Assembly (NCBI GenBank): GCA_002633005.1 | Contig: NMRA01000535.1 | Location: 44,912-108,911 of the forward strand | Reading direction: 5' to 3' | DNA from: Phoronis australis | Taxonomy: Eukaryota; Animalia; Phoronida | DNA length: 64,000 nt | Shown: positions 10,812-25,150 of the stretch, piece after piece | Layout of the letters: each line of letters begins with the position of its first letter | Numbering within the stretch: the first letter of the stretch is position 1 | Made by a program: the position numbers and the translations under genes | Notes under the pieces: generated by a model | What the model was told of the DNA's origin: nothing | The model's input: only the letters and a program-made list of their open reading frames with translations | The model's database searches: none

Positions 10812-12131
10812 ATTACTCTGCGCGTGTAAGCGCAGAGTACTGTTGTTCCTGGGTTTTCTTCAATTTTATTCTTAATACTCTGCGCTTGTAAGCGCAGAGT
10901 ACTGTTGTTCCTGGGTTTTCTTCAATTTTATTCTTCTTGTTATTCTTCTTATTCTAATTCTTCTTCCGACCAACTTTTAGGCTTAATAACTCCAAATTGG
11001 GTGCAGGTACGGTCTTTAAATTCAGCATATGACTTTTGACAGTATACAAATTTTGTTTGGTTATATAATCATATTCCATATTGCACCGGAAGAGGTCGTT
11101 TGGTGCAAAGGTCATATAATTTTCAAAATGCTACTTCTCCTTGAGTTTTAAAGCTATCTTTTTCAAATTCGGTGCACAGGTATATCTCAACATGGCAATT
11201 AAAAAGTTACTTTTCTAATTAATTGGGTTATCCAATCAGGTGAAATAGGTCAAAGGTCATTAGGTGCAAACTAAAATTTTGAGCTAGACCCTTCAAATTG
11301 ACAGGTCTGATTGGCACAGGTAAATCAAATCGGAATCTAAAGTCTCAGGTCATTTAGTGCAACCATGGGGTCATTAGGTGCATTTTTCTTCTGAAAATTT
11401 GACCTTTTCAATCAGCAAGTATTCTGATGTGTCAACCGCTAGACAACTGTAATTCTCAGCGTTAAACATATTTTGCATGGGCTTTGCAATAATTCTTCTA
11501 AAGATGCTTAAAATGCACCGGAAAAGGTCAATTAGTGGAAAGGTCATGTGACGTTCAAAATGTTATATGTCTTACGTTTTTCAAGGAATTCTTCTCAATT
11601 TCAGCACACTGGTGTAAGTCAACATGCAAGTTGAATACCCAACTTTACTTTGCAATAGCCCTAATCAATCAGAAAAAAAGGTCAAAGGTCATTGAGTGCA
11701 AATTAAAATTTTGAGCTAGAGATTTCACAATTACGTATCTGTTTACTAAGAGCGATTGAGTTTGAATTCTAAATTTTCAGGTCATCTGGTTCACCCATGG
11801 GGTCATTACGTGCATTTTTCTTCTGAAAGTTTGACCAATTCATTCATCTTGTATTCTGAAGTGCTTAAAGTAAAACATCTGTGATTCTTAGCATCAACCA
11901 CACTTTCAATTGAGTTTAGAATTCTTCCCTCATCGGGGCTCATAATGCACCGGAAGAGGTCAATTAGTGGAAAGGTCTTCAAAATAGTAACATGTAATTT
12001 CTCCTACAATTTTAAAGAATTCCTTCTCATATTGGTAAACGGGTTACTGTAAATAACTTCCCATAACAATCCCAGTAATACGCACGCGCATAGTCCGTTA
12101 TTGTCACGCCGTGACAATAATCTTTCTAGTT
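10812..12131 (+). mobile_element. Non-autonomous Helentron/DINE-1-like (HINE) element
   Basis: 5' palindrome TACTCTGCGC..GCGCAGAGTA (duplicated) followed by a TTC/TTA microsatellite. ~432-bp internal tandem units (TGCACCGGAA at ~11082, 11514, 11946). 3' subterminal match GCGCATAGT (12086-12094), hairpin TTATTGTCAC-gcc-GTGACAATAA (12098-12120), then CTAGTT. Confidence 0.8.
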
Positions 12132-12204
12132 ATGGCCTGTTATTCTATGAGAGGGTGCAAGTCATTTTCTTATACGCCTAATTTACGCAGACAAGCAGCT
12201 CCGT

Positions 12205-12352
12205 TAATGGCTAATCGGCATTCCGCGTTGCTCGTACGGCGATAGAAAAAATACGGATATTGAACTGTGTTTTTAACAGTTCCTAAGGACGTTGAGATTC
12301 TGAAGCGTTGGGTCGTTGCCATACACCGCCACGAAGGAAAATATTTCCGGGT
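12205..12352 (+). pseudogene. THAP-domain fragment of a decayed transposon
   Basis: FLTVPKDVEILKRWVVAIHRHEG resembles the THAP F.FPKD..W..AI.R motif. Confidence 0.55.
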
Positions 12353-13271
12353 AAAATTTATAAATAGTCGAAAGTTTGATCGTATTTTGTCGTATCTCGG
12401 ATGCCGAGCATCATTGCAACGACCGGTGAATTTTCGGCCCGTCAGCAGCTAGAATAACAATAGAACGGTACTTTTTAGCACCGGTAACTAATTAAATGTG
12501 TATAACATGATGTGACGACGAAAGTGAGCTATGGGCGTCATATGCAATGGCATACATCTGTGTTTTCCACAATAATCCTTATTTCTAGCTTATAATGATT
12601 ATGTCCCATAAAATATCCGACGCCCGGATTGAGGACGAAACTGGCCATGCGGCAATGATCGGTCGGTAGTCGGCGTCAAACACCAACTGTGCACCATAAG
12701 ATAAAGTTAACAAAAATATCACAGCTCAGTACATTTTTCAGGAACTGGACGTCGGTAGATCTTCGGATGGTATTTTTGACATCGGCTGACGGTATCGCCC
12801 GAAGATCTGCAGATTTCCAGTCGATTTCAAATCATGGGTCAACCTCAAGGGAAGCTTACCTGAGAACATTTGAATGAGCATGTAAATGCAGATGTTTTTA
12901 ACAAGTTGATAAAACATCGAACAAATCATGCATTGTACGTCACATGCGCCTTCGCTACATAAACCTAAATTATAGATCATACAAATTCTTTGCTTTTTTT
13001 CTCTCTCGGGTTAATCAATAAAACGCTATGCGCTACTAAACTTCCTAAGCATTTTGCGTATTTTCTAATTTTGAAACTCACGCATTTGATGGTCGCGTGA
13101 AATTCCGGTTATGTGTTAAATGCCATGATTTAAAGTACTAGAATTTTCTGCTTATCGTCTTCAAATGAAATTTTGCCGAAGTGAGAGAATATAAGATGGT
13201 ATCTTCTAGAAAACCAAAGAGCAGCAATACATGGCACGTACAGAATGTCATCGTCACAGTGAAAAAGACTA

Positions 13272-13390
13272 ATGGGTATTGGTCGGATATACCTTGCCCG
13301 AATTTTGAGAACCAGTTTTCTACATGGAATAACGTGCATCAAACTGGTTCTCAAAATACGGGCACGTAATATCCGACTATTGCCGGCTAA
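13272..13390. repeat. ~115-bp foldback element (hairpin MITE)
   Basis: GTCGGATAT..TGCCCGAATTTTGAGAACCAGTTT pairs with AAACTGGTTCTCAAAATACGGGCA..ATATCCGAC. Confidence 0.8.
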
Positions 13391-14783
13391 TGTTAACAAC
13401 CAATGCCTCATTGTTGTGCATTTTGATTGGAGTTTTACCACTCACAACAATGTAAAATGCATTCATTAATTATTCATCGGTGTACATCGGTGGTTGTTGC
13501 TTGAGACTTAAAAACACATCTGAATATAAATGGTATCATTACCTAATATTGTATGGTATGATATCATTACCTAATAAGGAAGAGTGGGCTAGTTGTAACA
13601 TTTTCACTTAAAATTTCTTCCGAACTATAAGGGCGTTTAACTCGATTTAAAGCATTATGGTTATTCAATCCTTCTCCCACACGGTGAATACGTGACATCT
13701 TACTAACCCGCGTAACAAAAAGCCTCGCTTCCCTACAAACGAATGCGTTTGTAAAAATAAACCCTAAAATTCGCAATTGAAGAGTTAGTGGACATATGAC
13801 AAAACGGTTTTTCTTTGTTGGGGTTATTGCCTCCTTTGTAACTGTTTAGTGTGACATTTTGCTCACACTGTCTAGTATTCTCCTTTCTCAGTGACACCGT
13901 TCACAAAACTAAGGTAGCGGTCAATCTCCTTATTATAAACGGGTGTCCAAAATTGATTTACTTTGATTGTAGAACCAGGCATGTAGATGGCGCTCTGGTA
14001 GTTAATCAACAAAGCACTCTAGCAATGAGGCCTGTTCGTGCAAACGTCGACTGGTCGAATATCGTGGGTTTAGATGTCTGGTGCTTTGCTGGAAAGCATA
14101 CATTACCACTTCAGAGGGTAAATGGAAACTATAATAAACTTTCCTTGCAGAGTAAGTCATTGGATAACTTCTATTCTCCATTTTATCCTTTCATATATTG
14201 TTCTCGATTCTGAAGAGAATGATATGACCAACTGTCTGTTTGATAAAAGTGACTTAAATAGGCACGGAACGTAAAAGCTCGTCAAAAGTATCTTTTAAAC
14301 AATTCCCGACGAAAGTGCCATCTCGCAACGTCTACTAGAGAGTTATCCACTTTCCCCTGTGAGGGAAATTACAGAGAAAAATCATAAAATTCACGATTTT
14401 TGAAATACACGCTAAGCAAAACTCTATAGTCACCACAGAGTTTCAAAATTCCCTCCCATTTATGATAAATGCTGCGCACATGCGCTTACAGTCATTTGAC
14501 AAACAGCTGACAAATAAGATTGGTATTAACGGCATATATCGTGCGGTCGCATTCCGATTCTGCGGTGGACAGCACAGCATGTGGCAAACCACTGAAGCAA
14601 GTGATTTCCTAAAAATAATGCATTTTAGAATGTGTTTGAATACATACTACGATACATTTATAACTAATTTTAAACAGACAGAACTTACATCAACTGTATC
14701 TTAATCAGACTGGCTGCTGCTTGAAATCGACATTGCTTTGTTTGCATCAAAGGTCAAAGGTCGCATTTTCCATGTACGGGAAT

Positions 14784-17700
14784 GGGGCTATTCGGAAAAC
14801 TTACATTAACTAGAGGGCGCGCGTGTACTAGTGGTGATAGATTAACAGCCTCGATTTCGCGAGCCCTTTAAATACATGGTGAAATGGCTTGCAGCCGTGC
14901 CAACTGAATCTGAAATTGCGTGAAAAGGGTGCTTCTATGAGAGGAAGTAAGCACGAACTTATACAAAGGTAAGGTTTGTGATTATTTTAACGATTATTCC
15001 ATGATTATTCTACCGATGCCTGTTAACTGAGGTATTCGCCGATGTCGACTTCGCGGCAGTCGCCAGTCGGGTTAATCTTTGTTTGTTGTGATATGTGATA
15101 CGATACTTGACGTAGCAATCGGGATCTTTTCGTACATCAAAGCATTATTATTATTTGGAATGATTTCTAACAGTTTATCAGTGACAGTTACATCAATCAA
15201 TGCTGAATATTTGTGCTGTCAACTCGATACAGGTTAATGAGTTAAGATTACAATCCAAGCCCAATGGCAAAGGGTACATGACAAATACAAATTGCATTAG
15301 ACTATTTGTTTACTCACTATCATATGTCTTCTGGAAATCTATTACACGTTGAAATAGAAATCTATCACGTCTGTTTTCACGTAACCTTTGGTTTTTAGGT
15401 TTGAGGGCTTGTACCGTGCAGAGGAGATATGCATCGCTTCTGCACCGTCCCTGAATGGACAAAAATTGTTTTTTAAAATTTGACTGCAGCTAACCAACAA
15501 GATCTTCCCATCCAGTACACATCGGCTGTCAAAGCCTACTTTCAATATTGGAGACAACGAACAAAGCCTTTGAAAAGGAACAGCTATTTTTAAAGAAAGG
15601 TATGTAAGTCATTTTGTTAATTTACTTATTCAGGTCCTTTGCGGGGGATTGGCATGGGAGTTGGGGTTTTAATATTTGGTACAACTGAATGTGTGGAAAT
15701 AACAGGTAATACATGTTTGGGGAAAAGAGCATGGTGAGGTAATTCTTAACCTTCATGAAGTCCCTTCAAGTTGATTTCATGAAACTGTTTTGCTACTTGT
15801 ATCAATTGTAAACCCATGGAAATATATTACATTTTCTGAATTCACAGTGACTGAATAGTCTTAACTCATGCCTTGAAATGTTGCAAGTCGTTAAAAATTC
15901 AAATGACTGCCATTTTTGTGAAAATTGCATTTTTGATGGTGCCTTACGATTTGTAATTACTCTTAAACAACAGAAAGATTATCCATCATTTTTAAGTGAC
16001 CCAAGTCTTCATATTCTCTATTAGAAGAAAAATTAAAAGTCTGAGAAACGGTTCACTCAACCTTAAACTAGAAGCATGCTTGACAGACCCATGAACTTCT
16101 AATCGGAGTTTAAAATTAAAAAGGCTTGAAAATGGGTAACAAAGGTTTGAAGTTGTCTCAAAAAACTTGTATATCTTACAGACAAGTGATGCGTTTAAAG
16201 AATTGTTATGGTTAGCAATAAAAAATACAGACACAGTTTTATGAAATACTTATTATATACACCCTTGGTTTCTGAAAATAATAATTATTTAATTTTATGT
16301 GAAACTGTACAGCAGTCACCATATATTTTTGAAAAACAGGGATAACATTTTTGACCCAATCTGGAGTACTTAATTATTCATATTTCAATATTTCTTCCAG
16401 GCCACTTCAAGCTGTATCATAGACAAGCTGTGTTACTCCGTTCTCTTCCCACAGCACTTCCACACACCAGCAGAGTTGCATGGCACAATGTACCCTGTAC
16501 AAGTCAGTGGCCCTGGAGAAATGTGAATCGCAGTACTAAGTTACCATAAGACAATGTGCTAGTGAACTGGCTGTGTATTCAGACGAACTATATCTGACTG
16601 CTACACAAGTAAGCCTTGTTGGTGAGGATGCCCTTTCATAGGCAACGAGTCATGTGTGGGCAATAGCTTATTTCCTTTCCTGGAAGAAACATGAGGAACT
16701 GAAGCTAAAGAAGACCTAGTAACACTCTGGTCTAGTTCAGAGTCTGATTTTGGGCTCAAAACGATTCAAGTGATATGCTGCTGTGTTTACCTACAAGGAT
16801 CTCATTGTGCATGTTCTTGAGGCTGAATGAGGTTACATGAAAGAAAGCCAGTGTCGAAACTGAACCTTTTTTACAAGCGCTTCTTTAGGCCATTGAAACT
16901 AGATCCCAGTGAAATGAAAGCCAAAAGCTGAGTGACATTAAATTTTCCTTTCAGAAGAAAGGCTTTATACTATTGGTAAAAAATTTGGTACACATTATGG
17001 GGAAATGACATTCAGTGACTGCATCGATTGTCTTATTGTATGTTTTCAATTGTAGCTAGCTGGATAAGAATCTGCTATGCACAAGATTCGAGAATAAGCA
17101 ATTATCAGTGTATTTAAAAACAAATGAAAAAGCACAGAAAGAAACAACATTGCGAAGGAATCCATAATCAGGCATATCAAGTGCTGAATTTCTGAATTAT
17201 GCTGAAGGATTGCTTTTCACTTTGTCCAAAAGTAAAATAGATAGTCGGGCGGTTGCTTTGAGTTGTTTTCTCTCACCTGTAACAGAATAGTCGAAGAAAT
17301 ATTAGCAAATTGTAAAAGAAAAGACAAGACAAAACTACTTTTGTAAGGCAGAATATTCTTGACGTTTCATCTTTATGTTTATGTCTTTTGTAGAAACTAA
17401 TAACCTTTGTCTTATTTAATATTTAAGTTAAAATATGTGAAACAGGCTAAAAGTGATTTAACAATGTGTATTTTTCATGACACTTAAAATGTGCTTCTGA
17501 TCTCAACAAGTAAAATTCATTCTAGGCGTCAATTTTTTTCCAATGCAATGTTACGACATTTACTGAATTAAGGCTTATTCATGTTAAATCGATAACTGAT
17601 CTGGTAGTCCTGGGGGTGGGGTACGCGATAAAATAAGGAAACTCACTCATCTAGAGAATTTTATTGGAAACAGCATAGTTTTGAAGAAAAACTGCTGTGA

Positions 17701-18260
17701 AAAAGTCACCCTTGACTTATGTGCATCACGTACCATACACCTCTTATTACTTATTTTGGGAGCACTCCCACCCAGGACAATATGAATATGTGCTGCTAGC
17801 CTACCCGGCATCGGGTGAGTTTCCTAAAAGAAACACTTAGTTCCACTCAATAAACCTGTTATTCAGTGGGGGTAACTGGTGGGGATAAAATCACCGAACG
17901 ATGATGATAGAAACTGATTGCTAAAAACTTACCAAGTAATGTGTACTAGTCTCCGAATGGAACTGCATAGTCATAGAGCACACACGGGGCTTCAGCATCC
18001 ACATACTTTTTGTCAGTTAGTTGACCCTTTTGACCGCAATTGTCCACGAATATAGTAACTTAAGGTCTTTTGGGAATTTGCAGCCACCTGTCGAAGACTT
18101 GCACCAGAGAAATTAGCAGTAATAAGAGTTAGCGCGACGACGTATTTTGATAACAATTCCATCTTTTACCAGTTGTTTACATGCAGACAGCCACGCATGC
18201 GCAATTCAATCACCACTAGTACAGCAGCGACACCGCGAGGAGAATTCTCCGAATAGCCCC
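14784..18260 (+). mobile_element. ISL2EU DNA transposon copy 1 (decayed THAP transposase and YqaJ genes)
   Basis: TIR GGGGCTATTCGGA..TCCGAATAGCCCC, AT on both flanks, subterminal inverted repeat GTACTAGTGGTGAT. An uninterrupted paralogue of the insertion site lies at ~31700-31780. Confidence 0.88.
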
Positions 18261-18743
18261 ATTGTGCTACTTCTATTTTTTGAACTTTGAAACTAAAGGA
18301 AAGATGCCTTGACATCAACAGAAATTTCAAGTTTTTACGAATAAACTGAAAGTACACGGTGTACAGGCTGAATTGTGTTTTAGTGGCAGCTAACCACTTT
18401 GAATATTAAGGTAGGTGGATACACAAAAAAAATAATTTTGACTGTTTTTTTACATCATCCTAATCTTTAATTCTTGATGCACAGTATACTGAAGAAAAAT
18501 AAATCATTCTGAAAATCCAAAGGTGTTTTTTAATTATATTTGACCAAGCTTCAGTAAGTTTTATGGCTTGAGTGCTCACCAGCTCAGTGACTGACAAGTG
18601 GGGCGGAGTTTATACCAGGACACTAGCTCTAATCTAACCCTGTCAACAAACATTGCGTAACCGGGCAATCGAGAGTGCTGTACCAGCTGATATTGATGTT
18701 GTAGCAAAGCCAAGAATAAAATGAAAGCGCTCCGAGGAGCGAA

Positions 18744-19075
18744 ACTTGGCGAAATTAACAAAAAAACACGTTAAAGATGACCAGAAAAGATTACGACAGA
18801 GATGATGACGAAGATGACAGCTATGACGACGATGGTGGCAATGATGGACAATGCCAATTATGATATCATTCATAAGAAGAACGTAGAGGTCAGAAATTAC
18901 TAAGAAATAGGCTACAGTATTGAGGGACACTTGGCGAAATTAACTGAAGAAAATACGACGTCGGAGATGATGACGAAGATGACGTATATGATGATGGTGG
19001 TGGCGATGATTAACAACATCATAACATTCATATGACGAACTTAGATGTCACAAACCATAAGAAATAGGCTACAGA
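18744..19075. repeat. ~185-bp tandem duplication with GAT/GAC-rich core
   Basis: ACTTGGCGAAATTAAC..GATGATGACGAAGATGAC..AAGAAATAGGCTACAG occurs twice. Confidence 0.75.
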
Positions 19076-21416
19076 CTAGTTCAATAGAAGCTAAACCAAC
19101 ATCAATGCAGCAAGAGCGCTCAACAAAGGAACAGCGTTATCAGAAAATCTCAAATAACTCAAAAAGTAGACGTCCTAGCGAAAAATGAAGAACAACTTCT
19201 AAAAGCCCGTTCAAAACTATATCTAAATTGATAGTATCACATAACCCCGTAAATTTTTCGAAAAAAATGAAATTTTGGGGTTTTTTTAGAAATTCAAAGT
19301 CAAATAACTCCAAAACTGTAAGTCTGAGAAAAAAACTTGTTAGACTTCATTTGAAAAGGTATACTTCAAATAATCCACATGCAAAAATGCATGTCATTCT
19401 CTCTTCCCGTTAAAATGGCACCTCAGCACGACTGAAAAAGGTCAACATGCGCCGGATCTGACATCTTGAGAGCAACTTCCGGTTTTTTGGATTCGTATAA
19501 CAGCATGTCATAAGAAACTAAAATCTGCAAAAATGCGAAGGTATTGGCCTTATAATGCGCCCTCTACATGAGAAAACATTTTTTCCGCAATCGAGTTGCG
19601 CATGCGCCATTGCCGCTATTTCCGCCATCTTTAACTGGAAGTAAACAATTTCCGTTATACTTGTAGCGCACGTCCTCTCCAATAACTGTGCCGAGATCAA
19701 CCCTGTACGTAAAAAATGTAGCCCCCAGAAGCCTTTGAATCTTAAAATGAAAACAAAATGGCTGCCACAGCCGCCATCTTGGATCCGATTACGACGAAAA
19801 ACAATAGGCTTCCAGTACTTCCGAAACTACGTGTTCTATGTAAATTTCGTGATGAATGGAAGAAAATTGTGAACAAAAAAAACTTGATGGAAGAGCAATT
19901 CTATTTTTGACCATGTGAAAGTTGGTGGGGAAATGGTGATCTAGCTCCTGTTCCGAGCCTGAGCCTGTTTGTCCATCTGCAAAAAATAAGTTGAGTACGC
20001 CAAGTCCTACCGAAGCCATCACTGCACTCAATTTGAGGAGTCAGCGCAGAAATTGTGCGTGTGCAAGAGAAGTCGGAAAGATGAGGTGTCTTGCGAGAGG
20101 ACGCTGATCGTCGACGTGGGTGGTGTTGCACGATTCGATGAGAGTGCATGTACGCGCTGTGAAGACACGCCGCGCGCGCGAGACATGGACAACTGCATGC
20201 CGTCAGAATAGAGTTTTGGAGATAAACCGTGCTTCTCTGCTAGGATCGCGCCATGGAGAAACTAGGCTGCCAAACTCAGGGGATTTTTTTAACTGAAAGT
20301 GCTATTTTCTCATCCCAAAGTCCATTCAGTCAAAATGTTGGCGGTACAGGCACGTGAAAATGTTGAACTATTGCGATGAAAGTAGTTCTTTATCCTCGTC
20401 ACCAATAGGGGGACGAGCTGGGTGAAAATATTGACATAGAATACATGTAGATTTAGAGGTTTCCTGATTGGTTTTTTACTTAAAAGTGTTTTTTGAAAAT
20501 TTTGTGTTAATAAACATATAGTTCGGCAACATTTTGTTCGATTTTTTCAATGATAAATGCTCCAAAAACTGAATTTGTGGCTAAAAGTTAACGCTAAGTA
20601 AGCTTTTAAGAGAAATTTTTCCGAATGAACGCTCCACTACCTGAACACTTGACACGAGAAGTTGCAACACCAACGGCATAATTTTCCGAATAAAGGCACG
20701 TGGGCTATTCATCGGGGTGGGCTTATCTACGGAAAACCCCAGTATGCAGACAGTAACGCGGCGATTTGATATAACACATATATTGGTGGATGAAGAGATG
20801 GTAACTACATATAATATTGGAATAGGCCAACTAACAAATAGGTCTATGTAATACAGTTAGAGAGTCTTTTACCACGATGAGTGGAGAGTTCAGATGAGTC
20901 GCACAAACAAGCAACACATTGTTTTAATGATGTGTGGTCGGCACACCAGAACAGCAGATAATAGATCAATGCTAAGGAGGCACTGAACAGTTCTCATAGG
21001 GATTCGCCTATCAGAACACACGTCAACGAACTCTTCACTCTTTCTTCACTCTGTCAAAAACTGCATGCAAATAAAGAAAAGTTTTGAGTCAGTTCACATC
21101 ACAAGCCCTACAGATGAGCACAAATACTTTGTACTCTCTTGTATTTTTGACCCTTTCACTCCCAGTGGAAACCAAGCTGAACTAAGAAAAATAAGGGTAA
21201 AAAATGCAAAATCGGATCTTTTCACCCTAAAATCACCACTTCCCTGACGATGCTCGACTAAAGTCAACATTAGATTGCGAATGCAAATTTCCTACCGATT
21301 CCAAAAATGTGGTACAAAAGTACTGTCAACCAACTAGTTTTTTTGCAAATCTGGCTTGTTTGAGGGCTACCTGAAATCGCGGCCGATTTCTCTGTTGCTA
21401 CACAGCAATGCACAAT

Positions 21417-24400
21417 GGGGCTATTCGGAGAATTCTCTTCGCGGTGTAATGGCTGTACTAGTGGTGATTGAATTGCTGTCTGCATGTAAACAGATGGTAA
21501 AAAGATGGAATTGTTGTCAAAATACGTCGTCCCGCTAAGCCTTATTATTGCTATTTTCCCCGGTACAAGTCTTCGACAGGTGGTCAAAAATTCCCAAAAG
21601 ACCTAAGGGTACTACATTCGTGGAGAATAGCGATCAAAAGGGTCAACCAACTGACAAAAGTTTGTGGATGCGGAATCCCCGTCAGTGGGTGCTCTATGCA
21701 TTTCCATTGGGAGACTACATATAACATTACTTGGTAAGTTTTTAGCAACCAGTTTCAATTGACATCGTTTGGTGATGTTATCCCCACCAGTTACCCCACT
21801 GAAAAACGGGTGGTTTATCGAGAGAAACTAAGTGTTTCTTTTCGGAAACTCACCCGGGACTCGGATGCCGGGTGGGCTAGCAGCACATATTCGCATATTC
21901 AATTGTCCTGGGTGGGAGTGCGCCCAATATAAGAGGTGTATGGTACGTGACGCTCAGAAGCCAAGGGTGACTTTTTCACAACAGTTTCTCTTAAAAAACT
22001 ATGCTATGTCCAATAAAAGTTCTGTAGATGTGCGAGTTTCCTTGTTTTATAGCCGACCCCACCCCCAGGACTACAAGATTTAGTATGTTCTGCCTTACAA
22101 AAGTAGTTTTGTCTTGCATTTTCTTTTACAGTTTGCTAATATTTCTTTGACTATTCTGTTACAGGTAAGAGAAAACGACTGAAACCAGCCGCCTGACTAT
22201 CTGTTTTACCTTTTGACAAAGTGAAAAGCAATCCTTCAGCAATATCTTGATAGAATTGAACCTAATTCAGAAATTCTGCTCTTGATATGCCTGATTATGG
22301 ACAATGTTGTTTCTTTGTATGTATGTGGTTGTTCAGTTTGCCATTTTGTTTTGAAATACACTGATAATTTTTATTCTCGAATCTTGTGCATGGCAAATTC
22401 TTATCCAGCTACCTACAATTGAAAACATACTTTTCTTGCATGTGGAACTTTTGTTCTTAGACAAGTTAACACAAAACTTACAATTGTTCAGTGGCCTTCT
22501 TAAGAAAGCTCTAAAAATAATTAGACACACACACACAACAAATCAAATGAAGGGAATACTTCAGTTTGATTCTTACACATTTCTATAGGTTAACAGGAAA
22601 ATAACAATTCGTAAGCATATTCGGTAATCATTTCAGCTTTATAAAGAATAAGCACAACTGCACTGTTAATTCTGTGAAAACCTTCCTGATGATGCCAAAA
22701 TTATTCCATCATCAAAGTGTAACATTAACGGGCTTTCTACTGAAAATAAGAAAATCGATGCAGTCACTGAATGCCATTTCCTCATAATGCGTACCATATG
22801 TGAAAAGCCTTCTGAAAAGAAAAGTTAGTGTCAGTCAGTGAGAAAGAACAGATATTTTTCCAGATGCTTTGCTTTTCATTTCACTGTGATCTAGTTTCAA
22901 TGGTCTATAGAAGTGGTTGTAAAAAGGTCCAGTTTCGGCACGTGGCTTTCCTTCGTGTAACCTCATTCAGCCTCAATAACATCCACAATTAGATCCTTGA
23001 AGTGACACACAACAGCATATCTTTTGACTCGTTTTGTGCCTAAAGTCTGACCCTGAACTAGACCAGAGTGTCACTAGGTCTTCTTTAGCTTCAGTCCCTC
23101 ATGTTTCTTCCAGGAAAGGAAGTAAGCTGATGTCCACACATGACTCATTGCCTAGGAACTTGCATCCTCACCAATGAGACTGACTTGTGTAGCAGTCAGA
23201 TATAGTTTCTCTTGACACACAAACATTCCACTGGCACATTGTTTTATGGTAACTTAGTACGGCGATTCACATTTCTCCAGGGCCACTGACTTGTACATGG
23301 TGCCATGCAGCACTGCTGGTGCGTGTAAATGCTGTGGGAAGAGAAAGGAGTAACAAAGCTTGTCTATGTTGCGGCTTGAAGTGGCCTTACAATGTCATTG
23401 AACCTGGAACAAATGTTGAAATATGAATAACTAATTACTCCAGGTTGGGTAAAAATGCTACCCCTGTTTTTCAAAAATATGATATGGTGACTGCTCTACA
23501 ATTTCACAAAAATAAATAATCACTATTTTCAGATAGCAAGGGTGAATATAATAAGTATTGTATAAAACTGCGTATTTATCTTTCATTACTTATATTAGAT
23601 ACTACTTAATCGTAAATACCTCTATGTATATTAGCTTCATTTATGAATTGTTTACAGCCCAGATATAATGCTTAGCGATATCTGGGTTTCTCCTTATTTC
23701 TTTGTATGTTCTGTGTATTCTTCAATAAATATTTATCACTTTAAAAAAATCTTTCATTCGTAGTCATAACAATTCTTTAAACGCATCACTTGTCTGAAAA
23801 ATATGCAAGTTCTGAGACAACTTCAAACCTTTGTTACCCATTTTCAAGGTTTATGTTTTTAATATCTTCAGCAAATTTAAACTCCGATTACAGATTCATG
23901 GGTCTGTCAGGCATACTTCTAGTCTAAGGCTGAGGGAACGGTTTCTCAGACTTTTTATTTTTCTTCTAATAGAAAATATGAATACTTGGGTCATTTAAAA
24001 AATGATGGATAATATTTCTGTTGTTTAAGAATAATTACAAATCGTAAGGCACCATCAAAAATGCAATTTTCGCAAAAAAATGGCGATCATTTGAATTTAT
24101 AAATGACTTGCAACATTTCAAGGCATGAGTAAAGACTCAGTCACTGAAAATTCAGAAAATGTAATATATTTCATGGAATTACAATTGATAGCAAAACGGT
24201 TTCATGAAATAAACTCGAAGGAGCTTCATGAAGGTTAAGAATTACCTCACCATGCTCTTTCCCTCAAACATGTATTACCTGTTATTTCCACAGCGTCAGT
24301 TGCACCAAATTTTACAACCCACCCCACGCCAATCCCCCGCTGAGGACCATAATAAGTAAATAAACAAAATGACTTACATACCTTTCTTTAAAAAAGTAGC

Positions 24401-25150
24401 TGTTCCGTTTCAAAGGCTTTGTTCGTTATCTCCGACATAGAAAGTGAGCTTTGACAACAGATCTGCACTGGACGGGAAGATCTTGCTGGTTAGCCAATTT
24501 TTGTCCATTCAGGGACGGTGCAGAAGCGATGCATATCTTCTCTGCACGATACAACTTGAGACCTCAAACCTAAAGGCAAAAGGTCACGTGAAAACAGACA
24601 TGATAGATTTCCATTTCAACGTGTAATAGATTCCGGAAGACATATGATAGGTAGTAAACAAATAGTCTAATGGATATTTGTCACTTGCCCTTCGCCATTA
24701 GGCTTGGATTGTAATCTTAACTCACCAGAGTTGACGGCATAAACATTCAGCATTGATGGATGTAGCTGTCACTGATAAACCTGTTAGAAATAATTTCAAG
24801 CAATATTACTGCTTTGATGTACGAAAAGATCCCGAGTGCTACGTCAAGTATCGTAACACACATCACAACAAACAAAGATTAACTTGACTGGCGACTGCCG
24901 CGAAGTCGAGATTGGCGAGTACCTCAGTTAACAGGCATCAGTAGAATAAATATGAAATTATCGTTAAAATAACCACAAACCTTACCTTTGTATTAGGATG
25001 TGCTTACATCCTCTCATGGAAGCACCATTTTCACGCAATCTCAGATTCAGTTGGCACAGCTGCAAGCCATTTCACCATGCATTTAAAGGGCTAGCGAAAT
25101 CGAGGCTGTTCATCTATCACCACTAGTACACGCGCGCCCTCTAGTTAATG
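21417..25150 (-). mobile_element. ISL2EU copy 2 (inverted relative to copy 1; last ~20 bp of one end missing)
   Basis: AT then GGGGCTATTCGGAGAATTCT at 21417. Reverse-complement similarity to 14804-18260 throughout; ends ..GCGCCCTCTAGTTAATG. Confidence 0.88.
21505..21735 (+). pseudogene. THAP domain of the ISL2EU transposase (also ~17935-18160 minus and ~38910-39100 minus)
   Basis: FPKDLRVLHSWRIAIKRVNQLTK, then across frameshifts CSMHF..DY. No DDE core was recognisable. Confidence 0.75.

Noticed and set aside
13130-13250. Signal-peptide-like minus-strand frame (MTFCTCHVLLLFGF) as first exon of the lectin-like gene
   Set aside because: No convincing phase-1 GT donor.
18643-18930. His-rich ORF
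   Set aside because: Antisense reading of the GAT/GAC-rich duplication.
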